Assembly: GCA_017556505.1 (NCBI GenBank)
Contig: JAFYNS010000136.1
Span: 2,547-66,546 of the forward strand
Origin: Bacillota bacterium
Lineage (GTDB): Bacteria > Bacillota > Clostridia > Peptostreptococcales > Anaerovoracaceae
DNA: 64,000 nt
Reading direction: 5' to 3'
Part shown: positions 57,603-64,000 of the stretch, piece by piece
How positions within the stretch are numbered: position 1 is the first letter of the stretch
Layout of the letters: each line of letters begins with the position of its first letter
The notes under the pieces: generated by a model
Seen by the model: only the letters and a program-made list of their open reading frames with translations
What the model was told of the DNA's origin: nothing
Databases searched by the model: none
Translations under genes and position numbers: made by a program

Positions 57603-58121
57603 CTACAGTTTCCACAGCAGAAGATCCGCATAGGAAAGTTCCCCTGTAAAGGTTTCCTCTCTCACCGCTAGGTGTTCCGCCCCCATCTTCAGGTACAGAT
57701 TGAGAGCGTTTTCATTTCCACGGACCACACAGATTCCCATCTGAGGGTAGCCTTCCTTCCTGCCTTCTGCAAGAACACGCTCAATCAGTGCGGTTCCGAT
57801 GCCCTGACCGTGGCACTCCGGCTCTACATGAAGGGAATCCAGGTAGAAGCAGTTGTCGATTTTGTAATACGGATGGTAAGGCATGAAGGAAACAAATCCC
57901 AGCATCTTCTCTCCGTCCATGGCCACGAAGGCCCCCTGTCCCGGCTTGGTTATATATTCACTCCACTTTTTAAACTTATCCTCGTAACTCAGGCTGTCCA
58001 GATAAGGCTGATTTAAAAGCCCCTTGTAGGCACGTTTCCAGCTGCGGACATATAAATCGGTAATCAGCGGTACGTGTTTCGCTTCCGCCAACTGAATCTG
58101 ATAGGCAATTTCCGGTTTCAT
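57603..58121 (-). CDS. GNAT-family N-acetyltransferase
   Basis: ...FYLDSLHVEPECHGQGIGTALIERVL... Confidence 0.8.
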   Translation of the reverse strand: MKPEIAYQIQLAEAKHVPLITDLYVRSWKRAYKGLLNQPYLDSLSYEDKFKKWSEYITKPGQGAFVAMDGEKMLGFVSFMPYHPYYKIDNCFYLDSLHVEPECHGQGIGTALIERVLAEGRKEGYPQMGICVVRGNENALNLYLKMGAEHLAVREETFTGELSYADLLLWKL

Positions 58122-58222
58122 TTTCTGTTTCTCAGCTCCTTTTCATTCAGACTGTTATCTGTTATAATCTACCTATATTATGAACACAGAGAGGGCTGCC
58201 TGTCAAGGCTGCATGAAACACC

Positions 58223-58387
58223 ATGAGACATAAAAAAGTAAAAAATCTGGACAGCAGAATGGTTGCGGTCCGCAATTATCTGATTGAAGACATCGGCGGC
58301 AGTGCTCTGGCACTTGCAGAAAGTGCAAAGAAATACAGAGGTCAGTGGAGAACGTATTTTGCCGGGCTTCAGGGAGCAGAGGAATGA
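58223..58387 (+). CDS. Possible 54-aa ORF (MRHKKVKNLDSRMVAVRNYLIEDIGGSALALAESAKKYRGQWRTYFAGLQGAEE); weak
   Basis: My own translation. It is below the 60-aa track cutoff, has no convincing RBS, and I recognise no family. Confidence 0.15.
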   Translation: MRHKKVKNLDSRMVAVRNYLIEDIGGSALALAESAKKYRGQWRTYFAGLQGAEE

Positions 58388-58431
58388 CCTGATGCAAGCC
58401 GCTTCTGATTCGGGCAGCCTTTCGGCCCAAA

Positions 58432-58658
58432 ATACTCCTTTTTGCATTCTTTGCGCCGTTTGGAGTATCGAACCCCTGAAAAAACACATAAAAAAGGCAA
58501 TACAACTCCATGTACTGCCTTTTTTAGTACTCCTTTTTGTGGTTTGCATGCGATTTGGCGTATAAATGGCGTCCAAAACTGCCTGTCTCACCCACTTCAG
58601 ACCTCATGATGACGCCCCCCAATACTCCTTTTGCCTTTCAGATAGCAAAAAGGAGTAT
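58432..58658. repeat. Triplet B of the 37-bp bipartite palindrome RTACKCC-N23-GGMGTAY
   Basis: Copies at 58432-58468, 58527-58563 and 58622-58658, with starts exactly 95 bp apart and a 23-nt spacer in each. The third copy is a near-perfect palindrome, ATACTCCTTTTGC...GCAAAAAGGAGTAT. Confidence 0.9.
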
Positions 58659-58699
58659 TTATCGCCCACTTGAGAGGGGCGCGGCATGACTGCAGCACA

Positions 58700-59590
58700 C
58701 TATCTCGCTGTGCCAACCAGTTCCTGCAGTTCATGCTGCAGCAAATCCATAATCGCCTGCTGATCGATCCCACCCTTGCAGTCGTCAGCAGTGATAATCA
58801 GATTCTTTCCCGGGATAATCCCGGCCCAGTAATACAAAATCATCTTCTTCATCCAGTGTTCCATGTACCAGTCCTTGTCCATCAGGCCGAGATGCTCATG
58901 ATACTTTTTCGTGCCGTCCGGCAGCTTGCAGGTATAATCCGGCACATAATAATCCGCAATCCCAAGCCGCTCCTTCATTTCCCACGCTTCCGGCGGCGCA
59001 TCCTGCGGCCAGTAAACACGTTCCTCGTAAGAATACGGAATCTTCAAAGTATGATAGATGTTGTCCACGATGATCTCCGATTTCGACCGGTTAATCTCAC
59101 CACGCATATTTTTGTGCACCAGATGCTCCGGATGCAGGACCGTTCCCTGGGCAATCGCCGCCTGCTGCGCCGCGATCCTGTCTGACTGCCGCTTCTTCGC
59201 AGCCTTCGCCCAGCCGGCCTCAATAATTCACCTGTACACCGGCCGCATTCTCTGCAGCACATAATCATCCCGATATGACTTGTACTTTCCCAGCAAAATC
59301 TCCTGCCATTTCAGGTTGCACTCAATCGTACTTTGCTTGGCTTCCAGCAGATTCCGCCATGCGATCTCCCAGGCACGCTTCCCCTCCGGAGACAGACATT
59401 CCGTCCGGTTCACGTAAACCGCCTTCCCATTGTTCCCCTGTTTCAGATGCCCCTCCGGCAAACGTTTCAGTTCTTTTTTAATCCATTTGAGCATCTGTTT
59501 TTCCAACAAAACATCTCTTTCCAGGGCTGTCTTAAATCCTCTCATCCGAATCCCTTCTTCCTTACCTTGAATTTTCTTCCATATTATCAT
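58700..59590 (-). pseudogene. PD-(D/E)XK nuclease-like ORF interrupted by one in-frame TGA (59228-59230)
   Basis: Track ORFs 59228-59590 and 58700-59119 share one frame. The 36 codons between them are open. C-terminal half: RSKSEIIVDNIY ... YYVPDYTCKLPDGTKKYHEHLG. The likely start is MRGFK at 59545, preceded by GAAGGGA. Confidence 0.6.
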
Positions 59591-59645
59591 ATATTTTACT
59601 GCAAGTCACGCATTTTATGTAATATTTTTACATTCGTTCAACCGA

Positions 59646-59679
59646 ATTAAAAAAGTGCCTTACTGTCAAGTAAAGCACT
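59646..59679 (-). terminator. Terminator downstream of the radical SAM operon and triplet C
   Basis: AGTGCCTTAC pairs with GTAAAGCACT (one mismatch). TTTTTAAT follows on the minus strand. Confidence 0.5.
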
Positions 59680-59700
59680 TCCTTCTTGTTTCAGGATAAA

Positions 59701-59937
59701 ATACTCCTTTTTGCGTTCTGCACTTAGTTTGGAGTACAGGCAATGCGGATTTTCCCCCGCTATATCGTAATTTGCTGTTCTTGGATACTCCTTTCATGCT
59801 TTAACAGCACCATTGGAGTATCAACTGAAGATGCAAACATCCAAACAACCCGCGGTTTCGCGATTCATCCACATATTTCCGGTGATTTGCAAGGCTGATG
59901 ATACTCCATTTTGCCGGCAAACCGCGAAAAGGAGTAC
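59701..59937. repeat. Triplet C of the 37-bp bipartite palindrome RTACKCC-N23-GGMGTAY
   Basis: Copies at 59701-59737, 59785-59821 and 59901-59937, with a 23-nt spacer in each. Confidence 0.9.
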
Positions 59938-59981
59938 TTTTCGCAGTCCGAAAGCCGTGGAAGCAACATCCGTCGTTCCCT

Positions 59982-60830
59982 CTACACAAACCGCTGTGCG
60001 TACCCGCACCGGCGGCATAATTCTTCAGAAGCTTTTCGGCATGCGAATCCGCGGACCATGGCCTGCGCCCGCTCTGAGTTCAGCACGGAATCCAGATTAT
60101 CCTCGAAGACATTTCCAAGATTTATCACACCCTCGCTGTCCAGACAGCACGGCACCACAGTTCCGTCGCAAAGAATCCCGAAATGGTCTTTCAGGCCCCA
60201 GCAGACTACTTCGTCCCCCTGCATTTCGGCATTGAGATCCGGCCACTGGAAACGGTCACCCCACTCCAGGTGGAGCTTGTCACGGATCCGGATACCACGG
60301 GTATTTTCTGCCCACTCACCTTCCAGCCGCCCTCTCAGATATTCGAAAGTACGGTCGTTTCTGCCACCGTCGTGCCCCCGGTTCCAAAGGCGCAGAACCA
60401 CGATAATTCCAGCCTTTGAAGCCGCATCCGCAAAGTCCGTCACATCCCTCATGTATTTCTCATAGGCCTCTTCGTCCTGACCCGCGGTACCGCACAGTTC
60501 TCCTTCGAAACTGTGCAGTGACACACTTACCTTATGAGGCGCTGCGGCAATCAGCTTCTCCTGACGCCGCGCCAGAAGAGAACCGTTGGTGGTGATGATA
60601 GACTTGAGGCCTCGGTTCTTTGCGATGCCGATAAACTCCGGCAGCTGAGGATGGGAAAGGGGTTCCCCCATGAGGTGATAATAAATATGCTTTGTCCGGC
60701 CTTCCAACTGCTCCAGAACCGCTTCAAACTGCTCCCTGCTCATACGGCCCGGCTTGCGCGAGTGACCGTGGCAGAAGGAACAGTTCATATTGCAGATATT
60801 CGTAATTTCTATGTAAACTTTTGCGTACAT
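59982..60830 (-). CDS. Radical SAM / SPASM-domain protein (short, 282 aa)
   Basis: CNMNCSFC (CX3CX2C) near the N-terminus. The C-terminus has GTVVPCCLDSEG ... CRRCGY, a SPASM/twitch-like Cys pattern. Confidence 0.75.
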   Translation of the reverse strand: MYAKVYIEITNICNMNCSFCHGHSRKPGRMSREQFEAVLEQLEGRTKHIYYHLMGEPLSHPQLPEFIGIAKNRGLKSIITTNGSLLARRQEKLIAAAPHKVSVSLHSFEGELCGTAGQDEEAYEKYMRDVTDFADAASKAGIIVVLRLWNRGHDGGRNDRTFEYLRGRLEGEWAENTRGIRIRDKLHLEWGDRFQWPDLNAEMQGDEVVCWGLKDHFGILCDGTVVPCCLDSEGVINLGNVFEDNLDSVLNSERAQAMVRGFACRKASEELCRRCGYAQRFV

Positions 60831-60850
60831 TGGTTACTCCTTCAACGCCT

Positions 60851-61639
60851 CTATAAGCAGAACCTTTCAATGGCTTCTGCAACCCCATAGGACCGCTCCT
60901 GACTGCAGACGTACTCTGCCACAGATTTCAATGAGTCCACAGAATTGGCCACAGCTACGCCTGTTCCGGCCCAGATAACCATTTCCGCATCGTTGGTGTT
61001 GTCGCCGCAGGCCATAACTTCCTCTTTCGTGATTCCCATCTGCTCACAGAGAAGTTCCAGGGACTGCGCCTTGTTGATTCCCTTCGGCATGATCTCAATC
61101 AGATAAGGCTGGGATTGGGCGATATAGGTTTCCTCTCCCAGCTCTGCCTGCAGCTGTGCCTGGTACATGGGCACCTCTTCCGGCTTTGCCACGATCATGG
61201 CTTTCGGAGACGGCGAGAATTCATACCCGTCAAAATCCCCTACTTCGATTGCTGTGGTATTCGCCAGGTCCGGGTCGATCGTCGTTCCGTCCGTAACCTT
61301 TTCTACCAGGATTTTGTGGTCCAGATAAAACTGGCTGTACAGTCCCCGTTCTTTCGCAAAATCCGCAACTCGCCGCATAATGTCCGGTGTCAGTTCTGCT
61401 TTGAAAATCGGACTGCCGTCAGCCTCCGTCACAAGACAGCCGTTATAGCACAGAACCTTGGTGGAAGGCCCGATCTGCTTCGCATATTTTGCCGCGGAAT
61501 AATAGAGCCGGCCCGTTGCAATGACAATGGTGATACCGCGGTCCGCGCACTCCCGGAGAAGGGAAAGTGTTTTTTCTGCGATGGTAAGATTTTTTTCCAG
61601 CAAAGTATTATCAAGATCTAACGCAATTAATTTAATCAT
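60851..61639 (-). CDS. Cof-type HAD-IIB phosphatase
   Basis: MIKLIALDLDNTLL...ATGRLY...CGDNTNDAEM... Confidence 0.8.
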   Translation of the reverse strand: MIKLIALDLDNTLLEKNLTIAEKTLSLLRECADRGITIVIATGRLYYSAAKYAKQIGPSTKVLCYNGCLVTEADGSPIFKAELTPDIMRRVADFAKERGLYSQFYLDHKILVEKVTDGTTIDPDLANTTAIEVGDFDGYEFSPSPKAMIVAKPEEVPMYQAQLQAELGEETYIAQSQPYLIEIMPKGINKAQSLELLCEQMGITKEEVMACGDNTNDAEMVIWAGTGVAVANSVDSLKSVAEYVCSQERSYGVAEAIERFCL

Positions 61640-61641
61640 AA

Positions 61642-62262
61642 TTAACCTCTCAGCAAACCAACCAGTGATGCCGTCGTACAGGTAATAAGGAATATCTGTA
61701 TCATGATATAGAACGAATTATACAGAACCCGCGTACGTATTTTATAAATCATCTTGCCCAATGGAGTATAGGCAACCGGACTGTTGATTTTAAAGCAGTA
61801 CATCGGAATATCGTTCAGTCCGTCGATGGACTCCCACCGGTCTCCTTCTGCTTTTTCATCTCCGTCTCTGTCTCCGAACAGATGCTTGTGAATCAGCACA
61901 TAGCACTGCTGTGCGTAAAACAGGTGTCTGGAGAAGGCATTATTCCAGCGCACCGTCAGGAGCATGGATAAAAAGCCTGCCATGGTGATTGCCAGGTACA
62001 TGAAGAAGGCCACTATCTCCGGAAGTGCGTTGGCAATCGCCATAACCCCTGCAATCAGTGCGAGGAAGATACTGTTAAATGTCAGTCTCTCATTTTCCAC
62101 ATGTCTGGCATGATTCAGGTTTTCATTCATGCAGTTCTGCAGAAATGCAATCTGCGCTTCCGTCAGAGGCTTGCCTTTGAGTCTGGCCCAAAGGGAATTT
62201 TCATCGGTCAGCCGATTCATTTCTGCTTTTTCTCGTTTATAATTGTCCTTAAAATGGCCCAT
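61642..62262 (-). CDS. Hypothetical membrane protein (2 central TM helices + C-terminal TM)
   Basis: 206 aa. I recognise no family. It abuts the HAD gene (2-nt gap). Confidence 0.5.
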   Translation of the reverse strand: MGHFKDNYKREKAEMNRLTDENSLWARLKGKPLTEAQIAFLQNCMNENLNHARHVENERLTFNSIFLALIAGVMAIANALPEIVAFFMYLAITMAGFLSMLLTVRWNNAFSRHLFYAQQCYVLIHKHLFGDRDGDEKAEGDRWESIDGLNDIPMYCFKINSPVAYTPLGKMIYKIRTRVLYNSFYIMIQIFLITCTTASLVGLLRG

Positions 62263-62434
62263 ATTTTGTCTCCTTTTGCAGTGACCTTTCTGAATACAAA
62301 GTTAAAATCCTGCTTATGTTTCCTGTTTCAATTATATCCCCGTTATTTCGATTTATCAAGATGAAAAGACCCCCCCTGGATTTGAAGTGCACCCCTTTCG
62401 TTAGACATTAACGTCTGACGAAGGGGGTTTTTAT

Positions 62435-62956
62435 ATGTCAGGAAAAAAGAAATATTCAAATGAGTTTAAATTAGCATTGGTCCAAGAGTATTTAGTCGGA
62501 AAGAATGGTGGTTATACAATGCTCGCCAGGAAGTATGGAATTGACCGTAATCATCTTAGACTGTGGATCAATGCATACAAAGCCAATGGAATCGAAGGTT
62601 TAGCAAAAGTTACCCGAACTTATGATGGCATTACTAAAATTCATATTGTAGAATATATGCATAACAACTCTTTGTCCATCAGACATACTGCAGCATTATT
62701 TGGGATTCAATCGCCCTCAACAATCGCAAAGTGGGAACGAATTTATTTCGCAGAAGGCAAAGAGGCATTACTGGAAGAACGAAGAGGTCGAAAGCATATG
62801 TCTACAAAGAAGTCAAAAGAAACAAAGAAAAAGAATATTAATGAAAACGAAGATCTTCTTGCGGAACTTCAGCGTCTTCGCATGGAGAACGAATACTTAA
62901 AAAAATTGAATGCCTTAATTCAAGAGCGGGAAAAGTCGGAGCAAAAGAAAAAGTAA
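62435..62956 (+). CDS. IS3-family transposase OrfA (HTH)
   Basis: MSGKKKYSNEFKLALVQEY...LARKYGI..., a leucine-zipper-like C-terminus, ending in the A-rich run GAAAAAG. Confidence 0.85.
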   Translation: MSGKKKYSNEFKLALVQEYLVGKNGGYTMLARKYGIDRNHLRLWINAYKANGIEGLAKVTRTYDGITKIHIVEYMHNNSLSIRHTAALFGIQSPSTIAKWERIYFAEGKEALLEERRGRKHMSTKKSKETKKKNINENEDLLAELQRLRMENEYLKKLNALIQEREKSEQKKK

Positions 62957-63801
62957 CAGTCATTTCTGAGTTAAGGCAAAAGTATCCGCTTAAAGATTTA
63001 CTGAAGCTTGCCGGTGTACCAAGAAGTACATACTATTACTTAGTAAAAAGGGCCTTAAAGTCTGATAAATACCGTATTGAGAAAGAAGAAATCACGGCAA
63101 TTTATCACGAAAATATGGGTAGATACGGTTATCGCAGAATCACTATGGAAATGCGTAATCGTGGATATATCATAAACCACAAAACTGTTCAGCGGCTCAT
63201 GAAACAGCTGAATCTCAAGTGCATGGTCAGAATGAAGAAATATCGCTCATATCGAGGCCAGGTTGGCAAAGTAGCACCTAATCTGATTAACCGAGATTTT
63301 CATGCTGAAGCACCGAACCAAAAGTGGACGACAGATGTAACGGAGTTTTCTCTCTTTGGTAAGAAGATATATCTTTCACCAATACTGGATATGTACAATA
63401 GCGAAATCATATCGTACACAGTAAGTGAACGCCCTACACTTGCACCAGTTTTGGAAATGATAGATACCGCTTTTGAGCGCTTGCCTGAAAATTCAGGTCT
63501 GATACTCCATTCAGATCAAGGATGGCAATATCAGAACCAGCAGTATCAAAAGAGACTTACCGAAAAGGGAGTCGTTCAAAGTATGTCACGCAAGGGAAAT
63601 TGTCTTGATAATGCTATTATGGAGAATTTCTTTGGATTACTCAAATCAGAACTTCTTTATTTGCGTGCATTTAAAGATATTGAAGAGTTCCTTTCAGAAC
63701 TCGAAAAATATATATTTTACTACAACCACAATCGTATCAAGGGTAAACTAAAAGGACTTAGCCCTGTAGATTACAGGATTAAGTCCCAGTTAGTTGCTTA
63801 A
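62953..63801 (+). CDS. IS3-family transposase OrfB (DDE), probably made as an OrfAB fusion by -1 frameshift in the A-run at about 62944-62953
   Basis: The -1 frame is open from 62941 (..KVTVISELRQKYPLKDLLKLAGVPRSTYYY..). DDE signature WTTDVTEF, HSDQGWQY, NAIMENFFGLLKSE. The track lists only the ATG-initiated part, 63115-63801. Confidence 0.8.
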   Translation, partial: VTVISELRQKYPLKDLLKLAGVPRSTYYYLVKRALKSDKYRIEKEEITAIYHENMGRYGYRRITMEMRNRGYIINHKTVQRLMKQLNLKCMVRMKKYRSYRGQVGKVAPNLINRDFHAEAPNQKWTTDVTEFSLFGKKIYLSPILDMYNSEIISYTVSERPTLAPVLEMIDTAFERLPENSGLILHSDQGWQYQNQQYQKRLTEKGVVQSMSRKGNCLDNAIMENFFGLLKSELLYLRAFKDIEEFLSELEKYIFYYNHNRIKGKLKGLSPVDYRIKSQLVA

Positions 63802-63861
63802 TTAAGTTACCCGTTAGTGTCTAACCTTTGGGGGTCAGTTCAATTTCCAAGGGGGGTTCTT

Positions 63862-64000
63862 TTAGATTCTGAACGCTGCCGGTTTTACGTCTGCCGGAAT
63901 CGGGCACTGATACGGTTTACCGCCGGTTACTTCGCTGAATTCTGCTTTTGCCTTCTCGATAATCTCCGGATTCTCGATTGCCTTAATTGCTGCGTGTGCA
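63862..64000 (-). CDS. 3' end of an unidentified gene (5' part outside the window)
   Basis: My own translation gives ...AHAAIKAIENPEIIEKAKAEFSEVTGGKPYQCPIPADVKPAAFRI, with the stop at 63862-63864. Confidence 0.5.
   Translation of the reverse strand, partial: AHAAIKAIENPEIIEKAKAEFSEVTGGKPYQCPIPADVKPAAFRI

Larger units (their letters stand above)
62383..63842 (+). mobile_element. IS3-family insertion sequence (about 1460 bp) with imperfect terminal inverted repeats and a 3-bp ATT target duplication
   Basis: The left end TGAAGTGCACCCCTTTCGTTAGACATTAACG matches the reverse complement of the right end, TGAACTGACCCCCAAAGGTTAGACACTAACG. ATT lies at 62380-62382 and 63843-63845. The element is lower in GC than its surroundings. 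Confidence 0.85.

Noticed and set aside
58178-58591. Minus-strand track ORFs 58178-58591 and 58203-58511, plus small ORFs running through the repeat units (e.g. a 35-codon ORF from the ATG at 58565).
   Set aside because: They are Cys/Phe/Arg-rich, lack RBSs and overlap the palindromic repeats. The GGAG in each repeat arm mimics a Shine-Dalgarno sequence, but no start codon follows it at a proper distance.
59044-59268. 74-aa Arg-rich track ORF bridging the two halves of the nuclease-like gene.
   Set aside because: It is in a different frame from both halves and is extremely Arg/Cys-rich. The same-frame reading with one TGA explains the region better.
58432-59937. Could the 37-bp units with variable 23-nt cores be a CRISPR-like array?
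   Set aside because: The conserved parts are 7-bp inverted termini, not a full-length direct repeat. Unit spacing is irregular across triplets (95/95, 84/116, 105/73). No cas genes or leader are present.
1-64000. Looked for rRNA, tRNA, a prophage, a conjugative element or a classical defence island.
   Set aside because: No intergenic region long enough shows tRNA-like or rRNA-like structure by eye. I saw no phage structural genes, integrase, relaxase, restriction-modification or toxin-antitoxin pairs. The only clear mobile DNA is the IS3 element.

Overview
This 64-kb chromosomal window is about 50% GC. Its gene content fits an anaerobic Firmicute, probably Clostridia or Lachnospiraceae-like (inference). 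I support about 50 protein genes, mostly on the minus strand. I saw no rRNA, tRNA or CRISPR array.

Gene content in order:
- an XRE/cupin regulator and an Rpn-type PD-(D/E)XK nuclease
- a LytS-type kinase, a response regulator and a 2406-aa secreted multi-domain surface protein in one transcription unit
- a GlnK/GlnL-like two-component system next to a DAACS amino-acid symporter
- a DUF853 (YjgR-like) ATPase with an in-frame TAG
- a sigma-54 regulated locus (enhancer-binding protein, D-aminoacylase, M20 amidohydrolases, alanine racemase, YfcC transporter) with two divergent -24/-12 promoters
- an MFS / M20 / Card1-like CARF-nuclease / iron-sulfur flavoprotein gene string
- gldA, rubrerythrin, azlCD, an FAH-family gene and another M20 gene
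- a glucuronide/hexuronate locus (GH2 beta-glucuronidase candidate, GPH symporter, two AraC regulators, sugar kinase, gnd, Cof phosphatase, SDR, LarA-like epimerase, uxaC)
- plsC, an alanine:cation symporter, pckA, two GNATs, a radical SAM/SPASM operon and an IS3-family element inserted into a terminator hairpin

The most unusual signal is a repeat family I cannot place. It has nine copies of a 37-bp unit, RTACKCC-N23-GGMGTAY, and the spacer is exactly 23 bp in every copy. The copies form three triplets. Two triplets bracket a nuclease-like ORF that carries an in-frame TGA. The third lies inside the hexuronate gene string.

All functional calls come from reading the translated ORFs by eye. No database search was run.
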